NCBI GenBank assembly: GCA_032718475.1
Contig: JAUCBJ010000825.1
Span: 26,301 to 90,300, forward strand
DNA: 64,000 nt
DNA from: Nemertoderma westbladi
Taxonomy: Eukaryota > Animalia > Xenacoelomorpha
Direction of reading: 5' to 3'
The notes under the pieces were generated by a model. That model was not told where the DNA came from. It was given only the letters and a program-made list of their open reading frames with translations, and ran no database searches. Below, one piece after another: positions 1 to 11,815 of the stretch. Numbering within the stretch: position 1 is the first letter of the stretch; every line of letters starts with the position of its first letter. Both the position numbers and the translations under genes were made by a program.

Positions 1-3000
1 ACAACTAGGTCACATGTGTAGAGGTGGGTCACTAATTAAGGACACCAGTTCTATATTGGGACAACTAGGTCACATGTGTAGAGGTGGGTCACTAATTAAG
101 GACACCAGTTCTATGTTGGGACAACTAGGTCACATGTGTAGAGGTGGGTCACTAATTAAGGACACCAGTTATATGTTGGGACAACTAGGTCACATGTGTA
201 GAGGTGGGTCACTAATTAATGACACCAGTTCTATGTTGGGACAACTAGGTCACATGTCTAAAGGTGGGTCACTAATTAAGGACACCAGTTCTATGTAGAG
301 ACAACTAGGTCACATGTGTAGAGGTGGGTCACTAATTAATGACACCAGTTCTATGTTGGGACAACTAGGTCACATGTGTAGAGGTGGGTCACTAATTAAG
401 GACACCAGTTCTATATTGGGACAACTAGGTCACATGTGTAGAGGTGGGTCACTAATTAAGGACACCAGTTCTATGTTGAGACAACTAGGTCACATGTGTA
501 GAGGTGGGTCACTAATTAAGGACACCAGTTCTATATTGGGACAACTAGGTCACATGTGTAGAGGTGGATCACTAATTAAGGACACCAGTTCTATGTTGGG
601 ACAACTAGGTCACATGTGTAGAGGTGGGTCACTAATTAAGGACACCAGTTCTATGTTGGGACAACTAGGTCACATGTGTAGAGGTGGGTCACTAATTAAG
701 GACACCAGTTCTATGTTGGGACAATTAGGTCACATGTGTAGAGGTGGGTCACTAATTAAGGACACCAGTTCTATGTTGGGACAATTAGGTCACATGTGTA
801 GAGGTGGGTCACTAATTAAGGACACCAGTTCTATGTTGGGACAATTAGGTCACATGTGTAGAGGTGGGTCACTAATTAAGGACACCAGTTCTATGTTGGG
901 ACAACTAGGTCACATGTGTAGAGGTGGGTCACTAATTAAGGACACCAGTTCTATGTTGGGACAACTAGGTCACATGTGTAGAGGTGGGTCACTAATTAAG
1001 GACACCAGTTCTATATTGGGACAACTAGGTCACATGTGTAGAGGTGGGTCACTAATTAAGGACACCAGTTCTATGTTGGGACAACTAGGTCACATGTGTA
1101 GAGGTGGGTCACTAATTAAGGACACCAGTTATATGTTGGGACAACTAGGTCACATGTGTAGAGGTGGGTCACTAATTAATGACACCAGTTCTATGTTGGG
1201 ACAACTAGGTCACATGTCTAAAGGTGGGTCACTAATTAAGGACACCAGTTCTATGTAGAGACAACTAGGTCACATGTGTAGAGGTGGGTCACTAATTAAT
1301 GACACCAGTTCTATGTTGGGACAACTAGGTCACATGTGTAGAGGTGGGTCACTAATTAAGGACACCAGTTCTATATTGGGACAACTAGGTCACATGTGTA
1401 GAGGTGGGTCACTAATTAAGGACACCAGTTCTATGTTGGGACAACTAGGTCACATGTGTAGAGGTGGGTCACTAATTAAGGACACCAGTTCTATATTGGG
1501 ACAACTAGGTCACATGTCTAAAGGTGGGTCACTAATTAAGGACACCAGTTCTATGTAGAGACAACTAGGTCACATGTGTAGAGGTGGGTCACTAATTAAT
1601 GACACCAGTTCTATGTTGGGACAACTAGGTCACATGTGTAGAGGTGGGTCACTAATTAAGGACACCAGTTATATGTTGGGACAACTAGGTCACATGTGTA
1701 GAGGTGGGTCACTAATTAATGACACCAGTTCTATGTTGGGACAACTAGGTCACATGTCTAAAGGTGGGTCACTAATTAAGGACACCAGTTCTATGTAGAG
1801 ACAACTAGGTCACATGTGTAGAGGTGGGTCACTAATTAATGACACCAGTTCTATGTTGGGACAACTAGGTCACATGTGTAGAGGTGGGTCACTAATTAAG
1901 GACACCAGTTCTATATTGGGACAACTAGGTCACATGTGTAGAGGTGGGTCACTAATTAAGGACACCAGTTCTATATTGGGACAACTAGGTCACATGTGTA
2001 GAGGTGGGTCACTAATTAAGGACACCAGTTCTATATTGGGACAAGTAGGTCACATGTGTAGAGGAGGGTCACTAATTAAGGACACCAGTTCTATATTGGG
2101 ACAACTAGGTCACATGTGTAGAGGTGGGTCACTAATTAAGGACACCAGTTCTATATTGGGACAACTAGGTCACATGTGTAGAGGTGGGTCACTAATTAAG
2201 GATACCAGTTCTATATTGGGACAACTAGGTCACATGTGTAGAGGTGGGTCACTAATTAAGGACACCAGTTCTATATTGGGACAACTAGGTCACATGTGTA
2301 GAGGTGGGTCACTAATTAAGGACACCAGTTCTATATTGGGACAACTAGGTCACATGTGTAGAGGTGGGTCACTAATTAAGGACACCAGTTCTATATTGGG
2401 ACAACTAGGTCACATGTGTAGAGGTGGGTCACTAATTAATGACACCAGTTCTATGTTGAGACAACTAGGTCACATGTGTAGAGGTCGGTCACTAATTAAG
2501 GACACCAGTTCTATATTGGGACAACTAGGTCACATGTGTAGAGGTGGGTCACTAATTAAGGACACCAGTTCTATATTGGGACAACTAGGTCACATGTGTA
2601 GAGGTGGGTCACTAATTAAGGACACCAGTTCTATGTTGGGACAACTAGGTTACATGTGTAGAGGTGGGTCACTAATTAAGGACACCAGTTCTATGTTGAG
2701 ACAACTAGGTTACATGTGTAGAGGTGGGTCACTAATTAAGGACACCAGTTCTATGTTGAGACAACTAGGTCACATGTGTAGAGGTGGATCACTAATTAAG
2801 GACACCAGTTCTATGTAGAGACAACTAGGTTACATGTGTAGAGGTGGGTCACTAATTAAGGACACCAGTTCTATGTAGAGACAACTAGGTTACATGTGTA
2901 GAGGTGGGTCACTAATTAAGGACACCAGTTCTATGTTGGGACAACTAGGTTACATGTGTAGAGGTGGGTCACTAATTAAGGACACCAGTTCTATGTAGAG

Positions 3001-3055
3001 ACAACTAGGTTACATGTGTAGAGGCGGGTCACTAATTAAGGACACCAGTTCTATT
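1..3055 (+). repeat. 60-bp minisatellite (~51 units) derived from the 3' end of the upstream CFAP52 exon plus donor AG|GTGGGT
   Basis: Unit reads GGA CAC CAG TTC TAT GTT GGG ACA ACT AGG TCA CAT GTG TAG AG|GTGGGT = GHQFYVGTTRSHV*R, matching the CFAP52 segment GHQFxVGTxxSHIYR that precedes exon 3103. Phase 2 fits that exon. The array start is outside the window. Confidence 0.92.
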
Positions 3056-3102
3056 AGACCCCACTTGTAAAAGCATCCTGTACAAGTTTTCTGTACATTT
3101 AG

Positions 3103-3306
3103 ATTCAACTACGCTGAATTCTCTTACGACATTATGTTCACGGCTCACCACGCTCCTGTCAATGACGTCGCTTTCCCATACGAATGTTCGGATCTTTTTG
3201 CCACCTGCTCCCAAGAAGATATTCGAGTTTGGAACGGGAAAACATCTAAAGAACTCCTCAGGATCACCGTGTCCAATATGACTTGTAACGCCATCGATTT
3301 TATGCG
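3103..3306 (+). CDS. CFAP52: CFAP52/WDR16 WD40 axonemal protein, internal exon
   Basis: tttAG|...ATGCG|GTAAG; translates FNYAEFSYDIMFTAHHAPVNDVAFPYECSDLFATCSQEDIRVWNGKTSKELLRITVSNMTCNAIDFMR, matching recalled CFAP52 motif ELLRITVPNMTC..IDFMR. Confidence 0.93.
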
Positions 3307-3439
3307 GTAAGACATAATCTTTTTAACTAACTAATTATAATTAATAGATAATTGAAATTATTATGTCAAACTTAATAATTGGAATATAATAGATAATTGA
3401 AAGTTATTGTTATGAAAGAATTACAATATTGTGCTTTGG

Positions 3440-3808
3440 CACTAGAACAAAGCCGCCTCCGCTTTACAGGACATTGCTTTCGCCGTGAGGACCAGCCAGT
3501 GCATCATAATCTTGTGCTTTGGCGCCCACATGGAGCGAGTAAGCATGGTGGACAGCACATGACTTTCTTGAGACGCATCTTAAAGGACACTGGCTTTGAA
3601 GATGCCGATAATCTCGCGAAAGTTATGAGGGATAGGGAGTTGTGGCCGTACAACTTTGTTGATAAGCCGGCATAACATTCTTAACGCACGCTGCATTGGG
3701 GAATATTGCCAATTGTAGATTGCATGGTGGTGGCAAAAATATTTTTGTTAAACTGGAATAGCATCACAATGTGCAGCTTCAATGCAGCATGTCGATTGTA
3801 GTAGTAGT
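3440..3808 (+). mobile_element. RTE-clade LINE 3' fragment in intron
   Basis: RLRFTGHCFRREDQP...W..MRDRELW; closely similar to the copy at 15069-16316; ends in a (TAG)n tail; about 90 bp extra in the 3'UTR. Confidence 0.85.
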
Positions 3809-4041
3809 TTAGGAACGCTGCAGTGTCTCAGTGCCGGTCCAATGGGTAGCCTTGGGGTCGTGAACTTGAAACTTTCATCTTCATCTTTCTCATTATCTTA
3901 GAGTTAAGTTATCCTCCTGACTACACGCTGGCCGATACTTAATTAAACTAATTATTAGTTTAAAACAATAGCTAATAAAAATTACTCTTAAACAATATGA
4001 TTATTTTACTTGCTTAACTTACGTAATTGCTGTTCACTTAG

Positions 4042-4210
4042 CGACGGTAAAACTATCGTATCGGCTTGGAATGATGGTAAGGTCCGTGGTTTCTACCCGG
4101 AGACTGGTAACCTAATGTTTATCATACACGACGCCCACACTAAGAGCGTCACTTCCATAGCGACAACCAATGACTGCGCTCGAATAATCTCGGGGGGTGG
4201 AGAAGGACAA
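4042..4210 (+). CDS. CFAP52: CFAP52 exon
   Basis: ttAG|C GAC GGT...GGA CAA|GTTAGT; DGKTIVSAWNDGKVRGFYPETGNLMFIIHDAH...IISGGGEGQ. Confidence 0.95.
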
Positions 4211-4453
4211 GTTAGTTCACTTTAATTAATTAGTTAAATATTAATTGGCCCAGAGTTATGTAAGTAACATGTAAAGCGTAACATGTCGTAGCATTCTATG
4301 ACGCCATTAGCTGTAAAATATCATTCTTAAAAAAATATTAACCGGTTTAAGGCATAATGATATTCATATATTAAATAAAGATGGAAGGATATAGGGTGAA
4401 GCATGTATTCAATTCACTGTTACGGTAATTAATTAGTTTTAATTTTTAATTAG

Positions 4454-4540
4454 GTTCGTGTTTGGGATGTCTCCAACCGAAAGATTCCCAAAATGATTGC
4501 CGCTATGAAGGAACACAACGGAGAAGTTACTTGTATCAAG
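4454..4540 (+). CDS. CFAP52: CFAP52 exon
   Basis: ttAG|GTTCGT...ATCAAG|GTAATT; VRVWDVSNRKIPKMIAAMKEHNGEVTCIK. Confidence 0.93.
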
Positions 4541-4542
4541 GT

Positions 4543-4576
<34 letters not shown>

Positions 4577-7034
4577 CATCAATCAAGGTAATTCAAATAG
4601 GAATAACATTTACTTGTATCAAGGTAATTAAAAAAAAAAAAAAAAAAAAAAAATTCATCAATCAAGGTAATTCAAATAGGAATAACATTTACTTGTATCA
4701 AGGTAATTAAAATAGGAATAACATTTACTTGTATCAAGGTAATTCATATAGGAATAACATTTACTTGTATCAAGGTAATTCAAATAGGAATAACATTTAC
4801 TTGTATCAAGGTAATTCAAATAGGAATAACATTTACTTGTATCAAGGTAATTCAAATAGGAATAACATTTACTTGTATCAAGGTAATTCAAATAGGAATA
4901 ACATTTACTTGTATCAAGGTAATTCAAATAGGAATAACATTTACTTGTATCAAGGTAATTCAAATAGGAATAACATTTACTTGTATCAAGGTAATTCAAA
5001 TAGGAATAACATTTACTTGTATCAAGGTAATTCAAATAGGAATAACATTTACTTGTATCAAGGTAATTCAAATAGGAATAACATTTACTTGTATCAAGGT
5101 AATTCAAATAGGAATAACATTTACTTGTATCAAGGTAATTCAAATAGGAATAACATTTACTTGTATCAAGGTAATTCAAATAGGAATAACATTTACTTGT
5201 ATCAAGGTAATTCAAATAGGAATAACATTTACTTGTATCAAGGTAATTAAAATAGGAATAACATTTACTTGTATCAAGGTAATTCAAATAGGAATAGCAT
5301 TTACTTGTATCAAGGTAATTCAAATAGGAATAACATTTACTTGTATCAAGGTAATTCAAATAGGAATAACATTTACTTGTATCAAGGTAATTCAAATAGG
5401 AATAACATTTACTTGTATCAAGGTAATTCAAATAGGAATAACATTTACTTGTATCAAGGTAATTCAAATAGGAATAACATTTACTTGTATCAAGGTAATT
5501 CAAATAGGAATAACATTTACTTGTATCAAGGTAATTCAAATAGGAATAACATTTACTTGTATCAAGGTAATTCAAATAGGAATAACATTTACTTGTATCA
5601 AGGTAATTCAAATAGGAATAACATTTACTTGTATCAAGGTAATTCAAATAGGAATAACATTTACTTGTATCAAGGTAATTCAAATAGGAATAACATTTAC
5701 TTGTATCAAGGTAATTCAAATAGGAATAACATTTACTTGTATCAAGGTAATTCAAATAGGAATAACATTTACTTGTATCAAGGTAATTCAAATAGGAATA
5801 ACATTTACTTGTATCAAGGTAATTCAAATAGGAATAACATTTACTTGTATCAAGGTAATTCAAATAGGAATAACATTTACTTGTATCAAGGTAATTCAAA
5901 TAGGAATAACATTTACTTGTATCAAGGTAATTCAAATAGGAATAACATTTACTTGTATCAAGGTAATTCAAATAGGAATAACATTTACTTGTATCAAGGT
6001 AATTCAAATAGGAATAACATTTACTTGTATCAAGGTAATTAAAATAGGAATAACATTTACTTGTATCAAGGTAATTCAAATAGGAATAACATTTACTTGT
6101 ATCAAGGTAATTAAAATAGGAATAACATTTACTTGTATCAAGGTAATTCAAATAGGAATAACATTTACTTGTATCAAGGTAATTCAAATAGGAATAACAT
6201 TTACTTGTATCAAGGTAATTAAAATAGGAATAACATTTACTTGTATCAAGGTAATTCAAATAGGAATAACATTTACTTGTATCAAGGTAATTCAAATAGG
6301 AATAACATTTACTTGTATCAAGGTAATTCAAATAGGAATAACATTTACTTGTATCAAGGTAATTCAAATAGGAATAACATTTACTTGTATCAAGGTAATT
6401 CAAATAGGAATAACATTTACTTGTATCAAGGTAATTCAAATAGGAATAACATTTACTTGTATCAAGGTAATTCAAATAGGAATAACATTTACTTGTATCA
6501 AGGTAATTCAAATAGGAATAACATTTACTTGTATCAAGGTAATTCAAATAGGAATAACATTTACTTGTATCAAGGTAATTCAAATAGGAATAACATTTAC
6601 TTGTATCAAGGTAATTCAAATAGGAATAACATTTACTTGTATCAAGGTAATTCAAATAGGAATAACATTTACTTGTATCAAGGTAATTCAAATAGGAATA
6701 ACATTTACTTGTATCAAGGTAATTCAAATAGGAATAACATTTACTTGTATCAAGGTAATTCAAATAGGAATAACATTTACTTGTATCAAGGTAATTCAAA
6801 TAGGAATAACATTTACTTGTATCAAGGTAATTCAAATAGGAATAACATTTACTTGTATCAAGGTAATTCAAATAGGAATAACATTTACTTGTATCAAGGT
6901 AATTCAAATAGGAATAACATTTACTTGTATCAAGGTAATTCAAATAGGAATAACATTTACTTGTATCAAGGTAATTCAAATAGGAATAACATTTACTTGT
7001 ATCAAGGTAATTCAAATAGGAATAACATTTACTT
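4527..7034 (+). repeat. 36-bp minisatellite (~68 units) containing the exon end TTACTTGTATCAAG plus donor GTAATT
   Basis: Unit ttacttgtatcaag|gtaattcaaataggaataacat; first copy overlaps the exon end; two poly(A) tracts near the start. Confidence 0.97.
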
Positions 7035-8194
7035 CCTGGAATGACGTCACTCTATACTGTCCGGTAATAACATCTACTTCCTGGAATGACGTCACTCTAT
7101 ACTGTCCGGTAATAACATCTACTTCCAGGAATGACGTCACTCTATACTGTCCGGTAATAACATCTACTTCCTGGAATGACGTCACTCTATACTGTCCGGT
7201 AATAACATCTACTTCCTGGAATGACGTCACTCTATACTGTCCGGTAATAACATCTACTTCCTGGAATGACGTCACTCTATACTGTCCGGTAATAACATCT
7301 ACTTCCTGGAATGACGTCACTCTATACTGTCCGGTAATAACATCTACTTCCTGGAATGACGTCACTCTATACTGTCCGGTAATAACATCTACTTCCTGGA
7401 ATGACGTCATTCTATACTGTCCGGTAATAACATCTACTTCCTGGAATGACGTCACTCTATACTGTCCGGTAATAACATCTACTTCCTGGAATGACGTCAT
7501 TCTATACTGTCCGGTAATAACATCTACTTCCTGGAATGACGTCACTCTATACTGTCCGGTAATAACATCTACTTCCTGGAATGACGTCACTCTATACTGT
7601 CCGGTAATAACATCTACTTCCTGGAATGACGTCACTCTATACTGTCCGGTAATAACATATACTTCCAGGAATGACGTCACTCTATATTGTCTGGTAATAA
7701 CATCTACTTCCTGGAATGACGTCATTCTATACTGTCCGGTAATAACATCTACTTCCTGGAATGACGTCACTCTATACTGTCCGGTAATAACATCTACTTC
7801 CTGGAATGACGTCACTCTATACTGTCCGGTAATAACATATACTTCCAGGAATGACGTCACTCTATACTGTCTGGTAATAACATCTACTTCCTGGAATGAC
7901 GTCACTCTATACTGTCCGGTAATAACATCTACTTCCTGGAATGACGTCACTCTATACTGTCCGGTAATAACATATACTTCCAGGAATGACGTCACTCTAT
8001 ACTGTCTGGTAATAACATCTACTTCCTGGAATGACGTCATTCTATACTGTCCGGTAATAACATCTACTTCCTGGAATGACGTCACTCTATACTGTCCGGT
8101 AATAACATATACTTCCAGGAATGACGTCACTCTATACTGTCTGGTAATAACATCTACTTCCTGGAATGACGTCACTCTATACTGTCCGGTAATA
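7021..8194 (+). repeat. 45-bp minisatellite (~26 units)
   Basis: Unit aataacatctacttcctggaatgacgtcactctatactgtccggt; shares aataacatYtactt with the abutting 36-bp array. Confidence 0.97.
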
Positions 8195-8226
8195 TTACGC
8201 AGTTCCAACGTATAATTTCTTTACAG

Positions 8227-8370
8227 GTCCGTCGGAATGACTCGGAATGTATTTCAACCTCGACGGACGGAACTACGATTATATGGGATCTCGAGCGATT
8301 CGTCCGATCGCAAATGATTATGGCCAATACATTGTTTCAATGCGTTGCTTACAGACCCGACGAATGTCAG
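8227..8370 (+). CDS. CFAP52: CFAP52 exon
   Basis: ttacAG|GTCCGT...TGTCAG|GTAAGT; VRRNDSECISTSTDGTTIIWDLERFVRSQMIMANTLFQCVAYRPDECQ. Confidence 0.95.
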
Positions 8371-9130
8371 GTAAGTCTTACAGACCCGACGAATGTCAGG
8401 TAAGTCTTACAGACCCGACGAATGTCCGGTAAGTCTTACAGACCCTACGAATGTCAGGTAAGTCTTACAGACCCGACGAAAGTCAGGTAAGTCTTACAGA
8501 CCCGACGAATGTCAGGTAAGTCTTACAGACCCGACGAATGTCAGGTAAGTCTTACAGACCCGACGAATGTCAGGTAAGTCTTACAGACCCGACGAATGTC
8601 CGGTAAGTCTTACAGACCCTACGAATGTCAGGTAAGTCTTACAGACCCGACGAATGTCAGGTAAGTCTTACAGACCCGACGAATGTCAGGTAAGTCTTAC
8701 AGACCCGACGAATGTCAGGTAAGTCTTACAGACCCGACGAATGTCAGGTAAGTCTTACAGACCCGACGAATGTCAGGTAAGTCTTACAGACCCGACGAAT
8801 GTCAGGTAAGTCTTACAGACCCGACGAATGTCAGGTAAGTCTTACAGACCCGACGAATGTCAGGTAAGTCTTACAGACCCGACGAATTTCAGGTGAGTCT
8901 TACAGACCCGACGAATGTCAGGTAAGTCTTACAGACCCGACGAATGTCAGGTAAGTCTTAAAGACCCGACGAATGTCAGGTAAGTCTTACAGACACGACG
9001 AATGTCAGGTAAGTCTTACAGACCCGACGAATGTCAGGTAAGTCTTACAGACCCGACGAATGTCGGGTAAGTCTTACAGACACGACGAATGTCAGGTAAG
9101 TCTTACAGACACGACGAATGTCAGGTAAGT
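8348..9130 (+). repeat. 29-bp minisatellite (~27 units) = last 23 nt of exon + GTAAGT
   Basis: Unit cttacagacccgacgaatgtcag|gtaagt; first copy is the real exon/intron junction. Confidence 0.97.
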
Positions 9131-9358
9131 ATGTGATAAGTAGGATAAGTAAGATAATAATTACTTACTTTTGGGAGGTTGTCAATCAATAATATAATAC
9201 TCAATGTAGTCAATGTTAAATAATACGTTAAATGTTAAGTAATATAGCTCAATTTTTTTAACTAGTATTTTTATTACTATTTATAATAATAATTTTTTTT
9301 TAATTTGGAGACATCATGCCAACCGATAATGTATACGTCATTTATTATCGTTGCCTAG

Positions 9359-9520
9359 GTGATAACTTCTGGAACTGACCGCAAGGTTGGCTACTGGGAA
9401 ACTTACGACGGATCGCAGATCAGAGAGATCGATGGATCTAGAAGTGGAGCCATATTCGGCATGGACATGGCGAGTTCTGGAGATTACTTCATACTGGGAG
9501 GGGCTGACAGATTAGTCAAG
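9359..9520 (+). CDS. CFAP52: CFAP52 exon
   Basis: cctAG|GTGATA...GTCAAG|GTGGGA; VITSGTDRKVGYWETYDGSQIREIDGSRSGAIFGMDMASSGDYFILGGADRLVK. Confidence 0.95.
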
Positions 9521-11648
9521 GTGGGAGACTATTTCATACTGGGAGGGGCTGACAGATTAGTCAAGGTGGGAGACTATTTCATACTGGGAGGGGCTGACAG
9601 ATTAGTCAAGGTGGGAGACTATTTCATACTGGGAGGGGCTGACAGATTAGTCAAGGTGGGAGACTATTTCATACTGGGAGGGGCTGACAGATTAGTCAAG
9701 GTGGGAGACTATTTCATACTGGGAGGGGCTGACAGATTAGTCAAGGTGGGAGACTATTTCATACTGGGAGGGGCTGACAGATTAGTCAAGGTGGGAGACT
9801 ATTTCATACGGGGAGGGGCTGACAGATTAGTCAAGGTGGGAGACTATTTCATACTGGGAGGGGCTGACAGATTAGTCAAGGTGGGAGACTATTTCATACT
9901 GGGAGGGGCTGACAGATTAGTCAAGGTGGGAGACTATTTCATACTGGGAGGGGCTGACAGATTAGTCAAGGTGGGAGACTATTTCATACTGGGAGGGGCT
10001 GACAGATTAGTCAAGGTGGGAGACTATTTCATACTGGGAGGGGCTGACAGATTAGTCAAGGTGGGAGACTATTTCATACTGGGAGGGGCTGACCGATTAG
10101 TCAAGGTGGGAGACTATTTCATACTGGGAGGGGCTGACCGATTAGTCAAGGTGGGAGACTATTTCATACTGGGAGGGGCTGACAGATTAGTCAAGGAGGG
10201 AGACTATTTCATACTGGGAGGGGCTGACAGATTAGTCAAGGTGGGCGACTATTTCATACTGGGAGGGGCTGACAGATTAGTCAAGGTGGGAGACTATTTC
10301 ATACTGGGATGCGCTGAAGGTGGGAGACTATTTCATACTGGGAGGGGCTGACAGATTAGTCAAGGTGGGAGACTATTTCATACTGGGAGGGGCTGACAGA
10401 TTAGTCAAGGTGGGAGACTATTTCATACTGGGATGGGCTGACAGATTGATTAGTCAAGGTGGGAGACTATTTCATACTGGGATGGGCTGACAGATTAGTC
10501 AAGGTGGGAGACTATTTCATACTGGGAGGGGCTGACCGATTAGTCAAGGTGGGAGACTATTTCATACTGGGAGGGGCTGACCGATTAGTCAAGGTGGGAG
10601 ACTATTTCATACTGGGAGGGGCTGACAGATTAGTCAAGGTGGGAGACTATTTCATACTGGGAGGGGCTGACAGATTAGTCAAGGTGGGAGACTATTTCAT
10701 ACTGGGAGGGGCTGACAGATTAGTCAAGGTGGGAGACTATTTCATACTGGGATGCGCTGAAGGTGGGAGACTATTTCATACTGGGAGGGGCTGACAGATT
10801 AGTCAAGGTGGGAGACTATTTCATACTGGGAGGGGCTGACAGATTAGTCAAGGTGGGAGACTATTTCATACTGGGATGGGCTGACAGATTGATTAGTCAA
10901 GGTGGGAGACTATTTCATACTGGGATGGGCTGACAGATTAGTCAAGGTGGGAGACTATTTCATACTGGGAGGGGCTGACCGATTAGTCAAGGTGGGAGAC
11001 TATTTCATACTGGGAGGGGCTGACCGATTAGTCAAGGTGGGAGACTATTTCATACTGGGAGGGGCTGACCGATTAGTCAAGGTGGGAGACTATTTCATAC
11101 TGGGAGGGGCTGACAGATTAGTCAAGGTGGGAGACTATTTCATACTGGGAGGGGCTGACAGATTAGTCAAGGTGGGAGACTATTTCATACTGGGAGGGGC
11201 TGACAGATTAGTCAAGGTGGGAGACTATTTCATACTGGGAGGGGCTGACAGATTAGTCAAGGTGGGAGACTATTTCATACTGGGAGGGGCTGACAGATTG
11301 ATTAGTCAAGGTGGGAGACTATTTCATACTGGGATGCGCTGAAGGTGGGAGACTATTTCATACTGGGAGGGGCTGACAGATTAGTCAAGGTGGGAGACTA
11401 TTTCATACTGGGAGGGGCTGACAGATTAGTCAAGGTGGGAGACTATTTCATACTGGGAGGGGCTGACAGATTAGTCAAGGTGGGCGACTATTTCATACTG
11501 GGAGGGGCTGACAGATTAGTCAAGGTGGGAGACTATTTCATACTGGGTGGGGCTGACAGATTGATTAGTCAAGGTGGGAGACTATTTCATACTGGGATGG
11601 GCTGACAGTAGTCAAGGTGGGCGACTATTTCATACGGGGAGGGGCTGA
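9479..11648 (+). repeat. 45-bp minisatellite (~48 units) = last 42 nt of exon + GTG
   Basis: Unit ggagactatttcatactgggaggggctgacagattagtcaag|gtg, in frame with the exon (VGDYFILGGADRLVK)n. Confidence 0.97.
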
Positions 11649-11740
11649 TTGTAGCATGTTGTAGGCCACCAATAAAAAAGCAGGTTGTTCCATCTGATGC
11701 AAAGGCGCTATTTTATTGGATGTTTCGAGTTGCTTTGTCC

Positions 11741-11815
11741 TAGGACGGTCACTAAGACCGGTCCTAGGACGGTCACTAAGACCGGTCCTAGGACGGCCAC
11801 TAAGGCCGGTCCTAG
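11741..11815. repeat. 24-bp repeat x3, probably in a degraded MITE
   Basis: taggacggtcactaagaccggtcc repeated three times. Confidence 0.7.

Noticed and set aside
14-2818. ORFs of (MCRGGSLIKDTSSMLGQLGH)n
   Set aside because: Artefact of a 60-bp intronic unit; the meaningful frame is the CFAP52 frame, which contains stops.
4658-8208. 785-aa and 398-aa repetitive ORFs
   Set aside because: Open only because 36 and 45 are multiples of 3; both lie inside a CFAP52 intron.
4541-8226. Introns created purely by tandem duplication of exonic AGGT
   Set aside because: Each intron ends in non-repeat sequence with its own acceptor, so the arrays look like expansions within existing introns.
8348-9130. 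CRISPR-like 29-bp repeats (also the 36-bp and 25-bp arrays)
   Set aside because: Head-to-tail with no spacers, no cas genes, eukaryotic context.
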